NCBI GenBank assembly: GCA_043228905.1 | Contig: JBHGNT010000010.1 | Span: 20,460,001 to 20,524,000 of the forward strand | Origin: Azolla caroliniana | Taxonomy: Eukaryota; Plantae; Polypodiophyta | Direction: 5' to 3' | DNA: 64,000 nt | In this document: piece by piece, positions 12,805-25,420 of the stretch | Layout of the letters: every line of letters begins with the position of its first letter | How positions within the stretch are numbered: position 1 is the first letter of the stretch | Notes under the pieces: generated by a model | The model's database searches: none | What the model was told of the DNA's origin: nothing | The model's input: only the letters and a program-made list of their open reading frames with translations | Translations under genes and position numbers: made by a program

Positions 12805-13173
12805 TCTCTCTCTCACACACACACACACTCTCTCTCTCTCTCTATCTCTCAACACACACAGTCTCTCTCTCTGAACACACACAGTCTCTCTCTCTGAACA
12901 CACACACACACACTCTCTCTCTCTCAACACACACACACACACACACACCCTCTCTCTCTCCCTCAACACACACACACACACACACACCCTCTCTCTCTTT
13001 CTCAACACACACACACACTCTCTCTCTCTCTCAACACACACACACACACTCTCTCTCTCTCTAAACACACACACACACACACACACACTCTCTCTCTCAA
13101 CACACACACACACACAATCTCTATCTCTCTCTCAACACACACACAATCTCTCTCTCTCTCTCTCACACACACA
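12805..13173. repeat. Compound (CT)n/(CA)n microsatellite array immediately upstream of P5CS
   Basis: About 370 bp of alternating CT and CA dinucleotide blocks. Confidence 0.97.
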
Positions 13174-13183
13174 GATACAGACG

Positions 13184-13190
13184 TATAAAT
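13184..13190 (+). promoter_or_regulatory. Candidate TATA box of P5CS
   Basis: TATAAAT ~155 bp upstream of ATG 13344, followed by a pyrimidine-rich leader. Confidence 0.5.
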
Positions 13191-13343
13191 ATCCAAACTC
13201 TTCGCCCTGAGGTTTTAAGCTCCCTCGTTCATTTACTGAGCTTCCTTTCTCCATCTCCATCTCCATCTCCATCTCCGACTCCTGCTGCCTGCCTCTGTGT
13301 GTGTGGTGGTGCCGTTCCGTCTGTCTCTTCTTCCTCTCTCGCC

Positions 13344-16300
13344 ATGGACCAGACCCGCGAGTTTCTGAAACAAGCGAGAAGAGTTATAGTCAAGGTTAAG
13401 ACGTTCGTTTGTTTCTACATCTCTTCTCAAATGCATGTATCGTGATTGGTGCTGTATATACATAGCCGTCTAATAGATAACACCCCTTCCTTGTTTCTTT
13501 CTCTGTGTAAACTTTGCTTTCCTTCGTAGGTTGGAACAGCAGTTGTCACACGAGCTGATGGCCGTTTGGCTGTAGGAAGAATCGGATCTCTTTGCGAACA
13601 GGTTGGTTTGGTTTGGATTCTGATTACTGAGTTTTCTCTCACCTAAATGCAACCGAATTTGAATGGGTTTTACCTTTTGTAAACCAAATTGCTCTAAACT
13701 TGTGATGTTTCGTCAGAACATTCTCTACCCTTTCATGCATGACCTTCCTTCCTGTAAAACATTGAAATCATTCCATCATCTCATCTAAAAAGCTTCGGTC
13801 AAGTTTTTTGAGCTTCATGGCTGAAAATATTCATGAAGGGAAGAAAAGTCAGCCACACACACACATATACATTTTCTACGTGAAACCTGTAAATTTTGTG
13901 GAACTCTTTCATAACCTTATTGTTTTGTACATGGAATTTCTTCTTGTAAGTCAATTATTTGAATATTATGTTGGACATGTGAATAAAGAGAAAGGAATTC
14001 AGCCACACATATGTATAATACAGTTTCAACCAGAATCCTGGAAAAATTCTGGATCTCCTTCATAAATCCCTATTATTTTATACGTGGATCTTCTTCTTGT
14101 AAATGCATTTAGATCATTATCTCATCATTCAGTGTTTCGGTAAGAAATATTGGTCTCTTAATCAAAACATCAATAAATATTTGCACTTGCTGGCCAGGCA
14201 TATTTGGAATCCGTGCTGAATTCTGTCACTTTCTGGATCCTTTTTCATAATTTCCAATTATTTTGGAAATGTATTTTCGTGTTGTAATTAAAGGCATTCA
14301 TATCATCATCCTGTCTTGGAGTGTTTAGGAACAATGGTTGCCTCACTCACTAGAGTTCTTACCAAAATTTTGAACTTGCTGAATATAAATTGCACAAAAT
14401 CAGATAAAATTGTCGAAAAATTTACACCAGATTTCTGCAAAATTTTCTAATAATATCCTATAATTCCACATATCTATTTTTCCTTCTTATAAATGCTTTG
14501 AGATCATTTGATCATGCAGCATTCAAGTAAAAAGGTTTCTTATTCACTAAAATATTGGAATATTTGAATCGGCTGGCTGGAAATATATTCAAGCTAAAAT
14601 GCAGGTTGAACTTTTCAAACTGTCCGTTGAAACTATTTGTCAAGGGAATAAAAAAATAAAAAAATGTATAAAGTTTTATTTCTTGAACTAGCTGCTTGGA
14701 AATGTTTATGAAGGGAATGCAATTAGGCAGAAAGGTATAATATTTCAACCCAAATCCTGTACACTTGTAGTATTAATATTTTTTTTCCAGATCATCAGTT
14801 TTCTGTGGTATTTTTTGACCCGATACCTCATATAACATGTTATAGGTAAAAGAATTGATTGCTGGTGGAACTGAGGTTATAATGGTAACATCTGGTGCAA
14901 TTGGTGTTGGTCGGCAAAAACTGCGATATCAACGTCTCATGAATAGCAGGTTGCTGCTTGTTTTTACTGATTTCACTATATGCATTATACTTCTATCGTG
15001 TAGGTTATTATTTATTTTTAGTGATTGATTGTAATTTAGAGGAGTTACACCTTGTACCATCGTTTTATTTTCTGTGTTTAGGTTTGTATTTGTTCAGTGT
15101 TTGCAACGTAGGTCCTGCACATCGTACCAATATGTTATGTTCTTTGTATGTTGGTGTGTATAGTTTTGCAGATCTTCAGAAGCCTCAACTAGAGCTAGAT
15201 GGAAAGCCTTGTGCGGCTGTTGGTCAGAGTGGCCTAATGGCTCTCTATGATGGTCTTCTAACTCAGGTAAGAAAGTAAGTTCTTCATCAATTTTAGAAGA
15301 TTCCAAATATCCTTATTGAAGAAAAATCTCTTGGTAAATTATCTAAATTTTTGGTGGATTGCCAAATAGTGTCTCCTGGAGCTTTTGATTTTTTGTGAAT
15401 GTGGCTGCATACCAAAATTTTTTCACCATCATTACATGTTTAAGATGCATGCAAATGTATCTACGATCATTATGAATTTTGCACCAGCTGAAGGCTGATT
15501 TTTCAAGAAGAATCAATATGATGGGGCAATTGGAACACATCCCTAATATTATCTGAATATGAGAAAAATTATTTTGATTGATAATCCAACAGAAGCTCCA
15601 GAAGAAAATATCTTCAATGATGGATATTTTATGCTTTGTGAAATCTCAATATCATTCAAGGGGAATCATTCTTTATCCTTAATGGTTGCACTAATTAGAT
15701 GCTTGTAATGCCACAAGTTTCAATATTAATGAGATATTTTTCCTTATAGATGAAAGGAGGTAAATGAAGCTAGCATGGAAGTAACCGAAATATTTATGTT
15801 TTAATGTGTTCTCATTGATGTGTGATTAGGCTTCTTTTGTATGCAGCTGGATGTGCAGTCATCTCAGATACTTGTTACAGATCAGGATTTCTCAAACGAA
15901 GATTTCAGAAAACAACTCTCAAAGACAGTTGATGTCTTGTTGGGATCACGTGTTGTTCCAGTATTCAATGAAAATGATGCAATAAGTACAAGAAAAGCTC
16001 CATATGAGGTTCTGTATATGAAGAAGATTTTCCGTATATACTTTTGAGGTTGGAGTTCTGAGAGTATTGAACAATTTTTTCAGGACTCTACAGGCATATT
16101 TTGGGATAATGATAGCTTGGCTGGGCTCCTTGCAGTGGAACTAAAAGCAGACCTTCTTATCCTTCTTAGTGATGTTGAAGGACTATATAGTGGGCCTCCA
16201 AGTGATGTAAATTCAAAACTCATTCATACATATGTGAGAGAAAAGCATGTGGAGACTATCACCTTTGGTGAAAAATCCAGAGTTGGCAGAGGTGGCATGA

Positions 16301-19300
16301 ATGCAAAAGTCTTGGCTGCATGGACTGCTGCAAGTGCTGGAGTTCCTGTTGTGATAACAAGGTATATTGGGTAATTTTCATTGAGTGTATCAAATCATTA
16401 CCAAATTTAGCACGTATGAGGCATATGCCCAACTAACAATTTCCATGTCTCTTGAAGTGGATTTACTGCAGATGGTATACTGAGGGTGATGAATGGTGAA
16501 TACATAGGAACTCTTTTCCACAAGGACGCTCATTTATGGATTTCAAATAAAGAAGCTAATGCTCGTCAGATGGCTGTGGCATCTAGAGATGCAAGCCGGA
16601 AATTGCAGGTAATTTAATAAATATTTGTTCTTAGTTAGGGAAATTGACCCAATTTTCTTAATCGGTCATTTGGTACAGAAACTCAGTTCTTCAGAACGGA
16701 GCAGCATATTACAGCGGATAGCAGATGCCCTGGAAGCTAACATAGAAGTGATACTGGAGAAGAATGACATGGATATACAAGCTGCAGAAAAAATGGGTCT
16801 GTCTAAGTCCTTGTTAGCACGACTGCAAATCAAACCTGGAAAGGTTAGATTAAGTTGATTGAATGAAGAGTGATGATGGATCAATGCGTTATTTTAATGA
16901 ATCACAGCTGTATAATTCCATGGATGTATAAACTTTACTGTTTTCCTGGGAATTATGACATAAGCTATATATTTGATTTGCTGTGCACATACTTATATTT
17001 AAATGACTTATAAACCTTGTGTGATGTCCTCAAAATGCTCAAAATATGAGCATGCATACATGTATGTATGTATGTATGTATACATAATGGCAAAGGATGT
17101 AATTAGGCCAGGTCCTGCACTTATCCTGCATCAAATATCCCATGCATTAAAAGATATGAAACATTTTCAAATTTTTATCCTTAACTTTATTGGACATACA
17201 TTGCAGATAACAAGTTTGGCAAACTCATTAAGGATGCTTGCTGATATGGAAGAGCCTGTTGGAAGAATTCTGAAGAGAACCATGGTGATATGGCAGGCTT
17301 AATTTTGTTTTAATCAGACATCTCTCTTACTATTCACATATTTAACATTTCCTGCAGAGTCTCTTGTTGAGTTGATATCTTTATATGTATTCTAGATTGC
17401 AGATGATCTTATATTGGACAAGACTACGTGTCCTCTAGGAGTTATTCTTGTCATATTTGAATCTAGACCTGATGCCTTAATCCAGGTTTCTGTCACCTTT
17501 TTTCCTGTCAATTTGTAAATACTTTCTGTACTTGTAATCCTGTAACAATATGACAACCCTAAAACCTAATGTTCCAGATTGCAGCACTGGCCATCCGTAG
17601 CGGTAATGGTCTGTTGCTGAAAGGCGGAAAAGAGGCTGCTTTTTCGAATACGATACTACACAAGGTACATAATGATAAATTTTAATATTGTGTGTCTTAC
17701 AACAAATCAGACACAGGGTTGTTTCTGAAAGTTTGATTATGTCTGCCATTTTTTCTGTGAAAAAATGCATGTCACACTTGATATATATCAACTTGAAATT
17801 CTCTTTTTAATAATGTATATTACGAAATGATATATATTTTGCTTACATCTGAAATGCGAACACGTCAGGTTCTCTCTGATGCCATTCCTAGTTCAGTTGG
17901 AAAGGAGCTTATTGGACTTGTATCGACAAGAGATGAAATCCCCAACCTTCTTAAAGTAATACAATTGTCACATTTGTTGAAATTCATTTTGAGAGCATTG
18001 TTTGATTGTGATGGTGTTCATGTAGTTGGATGATGTCATTGATCTGGTGATTCCTAGAGGAAGCAATAAGCTGGTATCTCAAATCAAAGAGTCCACAAAG
18101 ATACCTGTGCTTGGTCATGCTGGTAAATGTTATTACCTGCTACTTCCAACTATTTATATAGAAAATCCATGTCTCTTTGCCTATGTTCAGATTAGGTGGT
18201 TAATTCTAAATACTAATAATCCATGTTGATGAAGCAATATCACTGTTTTCACATTCTCTTTTTGATTGACTAAAACCTGAGTATAATTATGAACATCCAA
18301 CAACAATAACCCTTACCCTACCAGATTTGATTTTAAGTCTCACCTTTTTTCCAAATATGGTAGGTCAAAAGTCAAGCGTGCCATGCATGTATATGAAGGA
18401 GAGTTGTTGCATATATCATTACATGCAAGTGTAGATATGTCTTTTAATAGGCCAACTTTTCCTTGATGGAAGTTTCCATTGGATACATGCTTCCTTTGTG
18501 AAGCAAGTCTGCATGAAATTCTATGTATTGCAGCAGGTCAAACGTCTTAGAATTTCTTTAATTGTTACAAAAGTCATGCAATCTAAGAAAGTCTGCATGA
18601 AATTCTATGTATTGCAGCAGGTCAAACGTCTTAGAATTTCTTTAATTGTTACAAAAGTCATGCAATCGAAGAAAGGCCTTTCCTTGTTCATTTAATACCT
18701 CGTATGGTTCTTGTGATTGACCTTGGTTATGCTTTTGTTATGAAACATCATTAATGAGTAACAGTGTCCTGTGTATGTTTCATTTTACACTCACAAGAAG
18801 TCATGTACAGCCCAAATGTGTTATCCTAAATGAAACATAAAATGAACTATTTGATTTCAGACAATGATGCTAGTTTTATGTTGGTATCAGATGGTGTGTG
18901 TCACATTTATGTGGACAAATATGCTGACGTTCAAAAAGCTGAAAGAATTGTAGTAGATGCAAAGGTTGATTATCCAGCTGCTTGCAATGCAATGGTCAGT
19001 AATTATTGATTTTATAAAATGATGAAACATGTAACAATGTAATATTTATTGATTGATCTGCTAAGTGATTGATTGCCACGGTTCCTAAAACCATCTCCAG
19101 GAGACCCTGCTTGTTCATGAAGACTTGGTTCGATCAGGAGTAGTCAATCAGTTGCTATCTGCTTTACAGTCTAAAGGTTGTGTATTTTAAGAGCTAAATA
19201 CATTTTACCACATTTTGCCATCTTTTTGAACTCTTAAAAAAGTGTTGTCCCTGTAGGTGTTACATTGTATGGTGGTGCAAAAGCTTCTGCTCTTTTTAAA

Positions 19301-21203
19301 ATTGGGAAGGCAGTAGATCTTCACCATGAATATAATGCTTTGGCTTGCACTGTTGAGGTTGTTGAGGATGTTTATGCAGGCATTGATCATATTCATCTAT
19401 ATGGAAGGTTAATTTTCTTAACTACCATTTTGTTGTGTTTTATTTTAAATGAGGAACACTAGCTTGTTCTAACATGAGTTTATTGAGTACAGTTCCCACA
19501 CAGAGTGCATTGTGACAGAAGATGGAGACACAGCAGAAGTCTTTTTAAGTCAAGTTGACAGGTACGTATGAAGTCAACACTTGGGATAGTCTCGTAAATT
19601 TAGAATATTTCAAGTCATCAATACTAACAAAAATTATGCATCAAGATTCGTCGTTGATAACTTGATTGTAATAGCAAGGTGACTGTCTACAGTATTTGAT
19701 ACTATCTATGTAGGGAAACATTTGGAACCTCTGCACTTAGTCTTAGGCAGCAAGGATCTATCTTTCTGAATTTCATTAGATTTTTGTTTTCAGTAATCTT
19801 GGAAATAAGCTGCAGAATTCCTTTTTCTGTAAAGATTTGGATGTCCTCTTTCACCTGGATAAGGCAGAAAGATTCATGGTAGACTCTACTCAATAGGATT
19901 CCCTGCCCTCCCAGAGGAGATGGAACTGAAGCACCTAATAAGTCAGGATTGCTTCGCTCGTGTCAGCTATTTCACTTGCAAACCAATATCTTAAGCTAAA
20001 CATACATCTCATTCTGTTGACTTTCGTACTCTAGGTGGCCCTCAGACAAACGGTTTTTCATACAGAGAGTGATTGAATAGATTTACTGAACACCCCTGAA
20101 TGACACTGCAAGCCTCTCAGAGATTGTCACTGAGATGAATCCTGGGCAGATCACCTCAACAATTTCTCCTTTACCTAATAGAGGGAGACTGTCTATGCTA
20201 CATGTGACGAGTGGAGTCTATGCTTCATGTCTCCCCCATAAAGCACAGGACTATTCACATTTGAAGGGCATTCCACTTAGATTGATTGTACACTTCTTAT
20301 TGCAAATAGTAGGCATTCACATTTTAGAAAGGTTTTATGAACACGGTAAATTCCTTCTTTTTTGCAGTGCTGCAGTGTTCCATAATGCTAGCACTCGCTT
20401 TTGTGATGGAGCGCGCTTTGGACTTGGAGCTGAGGTATTCAATGACCACTCATTCATATGAAAATGAAAACAAACTGTGATTCTGAAATTTATACAGTAA
20501 GAGATTCACGTTCTGGTCAAAGGATTTTGACCTGATTTTAGAATTGTGTGATATGAATCAGATAACTATTTTGAATCATGTTATGGAAGTTATATGTTTG
20601 CAGGTCTCTTCATAAATCTTGAACATTCTGTGTTGTGTTTTATTTTATATTATTTGGTCTGTTTTCTACTGTCAACTGCATTATTCATTATCCTATATGA
20701 TCATAGGTTGGGATCAGCACAAGCAGGATACATGCACGTGGTCCAGTTGGTGTGGAAGGCTTGCTTACAACCAGATGGTAAGTGACTGTATTGTTAATTC
20801 AGTATTGAGTGCATCTTAAGTTATCCTTGTACAAATTTCTACATTGGATTGCCACATGCATATATACTTACTTTTTGATATATATGTAGTACAAAGCAGT
20901 CCATGCATATGTGACATTCCACAAAAGTAATATCTGCATGTACATCTGTACATACATTTGAGCATATGCATGCATATGCAAATTTAGTACCTCATCTCTT
21001 GCCATTTTAATAGTAGAAAGTTACACCGTCAGCATCTTGTGTGAAGAATTTTGCTAATATAGAAGATAATTTGCAGGCTACTAAGAGGAAATGGGCAGGT
21101 TGTAGATGGAGACAAAGGTGTGGAGTATTCACATAAAGAATTGCCAATTGATAAAAAAATATATGCCGTGAGTAATGGTGTCAAAGCCAATGGCACAATA
21201 TAA
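13344..21203 (+). CDS. P5CS: Delta-1-pyrroline-5-carboxylate synthase, 20 exons: 13344-13394, 13530-13601, 14846-14949, 15164-15266, 15847-16008, 16084-16361, 16458-16608, 16679-16843, 17207-17284, 17396-17485, 17578-17664, 17869-17955, 18026-18122, 18891-18994, 19101-19176, 19257-19407, 19493-19561, 20368-20434, 20707-20777, 21077-21203
   Basis: Glutamate-kinase motifs: [63 protein letters not shown]. Reductase motifs: [57 protein letters not shown]. All introns are GT-AG with consistent phases. Confidence 0.97.
18505..18674. repeat. 84-bp near-perfect tandem duplication in P5CS intron 13
   Basis: aagtctgcatgaaattctatg... starts at 18505 and 18589. Confidence 0.95.
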
Positions 21204-21267
21204 TATTGGGAAGTGAGTCTGAAGTCACAAGATGCGAGTAGACCTGCTTATCTTATATGACTGTTTA

Positions 21268-21508
21268 TATCGTCTTTGGTCTATGCTCAATAAATTCTCT
21301 TTTGTCTTTCCTCCACAATATCATTAAAAGGAAGACATTTGAAGTAATGGAAATCAAATCTAGCTAGTAGATGTGTGCTTATGAGTCGTTGTAAAATGTC
21401 CCTCCACATATAACGGTTCATATTGTCTTTCGTCTATGCGCAATAAATTTTCTTTTGCCTTTACTTCACAACATCATTGGAAGGAAAGCCATTTGAAGTA
21501 ATGGAAAT
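21268..21508 (+). repeat. Duplicated ~87-bp segment in the P5CS 3' region, each copy with AATAAA
   Basis: tatcgtctttggtctatgctcaataaatt...tttgaagtaatggaaat (21268) and tattgtctttcgtctatgcgcaataaatt...tttgaagtaatggaaat (21421). Confidence 0.85.
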
Positions 21509-22509
21509 ATGATTTATGTTTTACAATGTTTATATGTGAGCATCACAACCATTTCTAGAATAGTTTGATGTATCAAGGTCTTTGCACACTTTTGCCTAAA
21601 TACGTTATTATATTTTCCTTACTAAGCAAGGGAATTAATATGGGCCTTAATTATAAGGTGAAAACTTCACAATGATATATCTCCTTTAGTTTGCAAACCC
21701 CAATTAATACGTCAATTGGGTGGCTATATCAATGGATAAATGATTTCTATGCTGTTGGCAGAGTAGTTGAAGTATGGCAAAGGTAATAGACAAACAAACA
21801 ATGGTGAAGCGTTTGGTTTTGTGAATATTACAAATAGTGGCAAGCAATGAAAGATGATTGGCTTATGGTGGTGCTATGCCATACTATCATTTAGAATTGA
21901 AAGGTGTCAACAACTTAAGAGGAAGATGGTCAATCTCATGATAAGAAAGATTCATACTTATGATGAGACATAATAAAATCTGAAATGAACAAAAAGATGC
22001 TCATTTTCATGTAGAGAGAAGCATGATTTCAAAAAAAAATGATATGGAGGATGCTATATAGAACACTTATATACCATCTTGAGGTATGAATGTGTATTGG
22101 CTACAATTGTGGGTATCAAGTAGTGTTCACAAATGAGGATCAGCGAGCATCATAGATGTTATTCTTAAAAGCGAGGAAATTATGAAAGACCTTGGTCTGT
22201 GATTAGTGGATATTTCCAAATGGGCTTATGTGTTTATTTTTTGGGCTTTTGTGAGTTCGTTTTCCATGTGAATTTTGTACTTTGGCTAAAATTTAGCACA
22301 ATCTATTTTGTGATATATAAGTTTATAACCATGCACACTTCTTGTAATTTAAAAGAAGGGAGCAAAAATACAACATTTTTGACATTTAAAAGTTAACAAA
22401 TTGTTGCATCAACATATGTACACATAGACATGAGCGCATTATCTTTTGCACCATGATGACCCTTGTGTTTTCTTTGTGTGTGCGTGTCTTGTGTCACATA
22501 GAAAGGAAC

Positions 22510-22790
22510 TCATGAACTTGAAATTTGGAGTCCAAATAACAATAACATGCAGGATATTGAAATGCCCCGATCGATCGATCGATTGAATTGTCAGCTCGAT
22601 TAATAGTTAAGTTAGAGAACTAACCACATATCATCGTGGTACACAACACACATCCTTTTTTCCTAAATCATGAACTCGAATTTTTGGTGTCCAGATAACA
22701 TGCAGGATATTGAAATGCCTGATTAATCAATCGAATCATCATCGGCCCGGCTAATAGTTAGGGAACTAACCACATATCAATATGTTACAC
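22510..22790. repeat. Diverged ~158-bp tandem duplication upstream of the DnaJ-zinc-finger gene
   Basis: tcatgaac...ataacatgcaggatattgaaatgcc...gaactaaccacatatca occurs twice. Confidence 0.8.
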
Positions 22791-23499
22791 ATACACAAAT
22801 TAACACAATACATATCCTTTTTCTTCCTACCACATTGAGACTTAGTTCCCTGCTCTTTCTTTGTATGAAACAGAATTGAAGCTTCACAACCATTTCAACC
22901 CTCCATCATTTGCTGCAGGCTTCCATTCCAGGTCAGCTTCTTCTCTCTTCCCCTCGCGAGTTGTTTCCCAAAACGCAAGTAGGTTTTTTCGTTCCCATGG
23001 CCTTTTTAGCAGGATCGGCTGCCAAAATGTTTGCTTCTTTCGTTCTTTTCCCGAGTGAGTGAGCAACCCTAAACCTTGTTTCGTCGGTCGTTAGAGAATG
23101 TGCCAGAAAATGTAAAGCTGTCAGAAGATGGTCATATTAATGTTGTTTGAAGAAAGGAAAAAGAAATGCACGACTTGAGGGGAACATTATCTCGAGGTCA
23201 TTTTATGCATTAGGTATATGTTATGAAAGAACGAAATTTAGGCACATATATTGTAGTAATTTATAGCTTCTTATCCAGAAGACGAACCTCAGTACTCTAA
23301 AGTGGTGGATTCATGGAAGAAGAAGCTCCCAGGGCGACCATCAATTCAGAAACACATTTTTGAGCAAAATTTGTTATTGTATAAAATTATATAACATATA
23401 GTCTTTTAATTATTGATTTGAAACACGTCTTTTTTTTGCAAAATAAATCCATCTATTGCCTTGTCATCAATAATGTGTTGTGTGGATGCAGAATTGAAA

Positions 23500-25420
23500 A
23501 TGAGAGGTGGTCCGTTGAAATTAGTAGCAACAGTTGGAGGTGTGTTATTGGGTGGTCTCTTTACATTATCATTTGCTACATCAGTTTCTATGCATGCTTT
23601 TCAAGCAATCATCGAAGCCAAAAAGGTTCAAGTTTACCCTTATGATTTCTGGAAGTATCGTTTGTATTATTCTACAAATCACTCATCTAGTCCTAAATCT
23701 TACCCACGTGAAGCTACTTCTAGATTCATTAATCATAATTATAATTAATATATCTCTAGGGAATTAACAACTAGTTAGTGCCGGTTAAAGGTAGAGTCTT
23801 GGAGTCCTTTTGTCTACCTTTACTACTAGGGTAAGTTGATTACAAGAAATAAAACAGAGAGAACATGCCAAATTTATGATGAAGTATTTGCAATCTTTCA
23901 AGAGCACAAAGGGTTTAGGGTTTATGTATATTCATGGAAAGTCAAGCACAGGTAGCAGCCCTTAAGAAGACATGAAGCCTTGTGAATGTTACACCTAGGT
24001 ATGTGTAGGATCGTTGTGTGCCACCTTAATAATCATTATTCAGGTGTGGTATTAATTATGCAGGATAAATATTTTCCTCAAGTTGTGTATAATGATCTTT
24101 GTAATCACTTTTTGGTATAAGTCACTCATTTTGGTGACGATGTATGGTTAGTGGGGATGTTGGCAGATCTTGAAACATAGTTGGCATTCTAAATTGCCAC
24201 TTGTAACAAAGGTTTTAATTTGGAGAGTATTGATTGGGGGTTTTCATATTATCTCTAAAGAGAGTTGGACAAGCAAAAAGCAATTGTTTCTTTTGCACAT
24301 ATCTAGTGGAAGATATTAGTCATCATTTCATACAATATCCGATGGCTCATCAGATTTGGGGTCACATTTCTTAGATGTGACAAGTTTAGTGATATTGTTA
24401 TTTGATGTTAAGAGAGTGGGTGTCTGTACAATTCACATAGCTCAATTTGAGATCAGAGATGAAGATTGTTTTCCTCTTTCTGAGATATTGGGGTGAGTCA
24501 TAATTGGGATAGGCATAATGCTTTCACATTTGATAGTAGGCATGGAGGTAGAGCATATCTACGGAAGTGAAGGGAGTATTGATGTGAAAGTTTATTTATC
24601 AAAGCAAGTTGAAATATTTTTCTCACTGGAGTATGGATCTTGCCTATTGGCAATTCAGCAGGCCCCACTACCCATGTACCAATGACACTACTCAATTGTG
24701 GTATCGTTGTAGTGTTTTTCACACATTTATTGCTATAATTGGTTTTTCACCAGAAGGAAAAAGAGATTTTATTATCATCGTTGAAGGTCAAATATGACCA
24801 ATGGGACCAAAATAAAATATTTTGGATAGAGATTAATATGAATAGAAAAGGAAATATGAAAGATGTTGAATTTTCTGTATATATTGACATTTATAAGATC
24901 GTAATGAGATATTTCACTCGATGTAATGGTAGGCTTAAATCTGGTGTATCACATTATTGATTTAAAGTTGTTTCATCATTGGACGAAGCTGAATACTATC
25001 AAATTTCTATTATGCTAGACCAAGATGAATATCAGACAAAGTTCTGTTATGCTCTTATGATTTTATTTTTGTGATTGTGATATATTTAGCTATTTAGTCA
25101 GTTTCCTTGTTCTGCAGAAGAAAACTGCACCTTGTTGTTGGATTTGCAAAGGAAAAGGACACGTGGATTGCAAATTATGCTACGGTAACATGACTATTGA
25201 CTGGACACCACTATATGATCCTGTTATTACAAAACCGTGTGTTTGTCCCACGTGTGATGGAAATAGGTAAATTATAAATTCTACATATGATAAACTATGA
25301 AGTGACTTTTAATATACTTTTCTTACAATTTAATACATTATCTTAGTGTATTGCATCCATTTTGTCTTCCTGTGCAGGTTGCAACGCTGTTTGAATTGTG
25401 CTGGGAGAGGATATGCATGA
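23500..25420 (+). CDS. Small DnaJ-type cysteine-rich zinc-finger protein with N-terminal hydrophobic segment; exons 23500-23625, 25118-25266, 25378-25420
   Basis: Spliced product: MRGGPLKLVATVGGVLLGGLFTLSFATSVSMHAFQAIIEAKK|KKTAPCCWICKGKGHVDCKLCYGNMTIDWTPLYDPVITKPCVCPTCDGNR|LQRCLNCAGRGYA*. It has four CxxCxGxG-type motifs and no J domain. A likely non-coding first exon ends near 23054. Confidence 0.88.
24460..24730 (+). mobile_element. Dispersed repeat family B, copy 1 (in intron 1 of the DnaJ-zinc-finger gene)
   Basis: gagatattgggg...cataattgggata...tagagcatatcta...gggagtattgatgtg is shared with 47340-47620 (+) and 36370-36570 (-). Confidence 0.7.

Noticed and set aside
12744-13196. HT/SL and CV/RE repeat ORFs
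   Set aside because: Translations of the CA/CT microsatellite.
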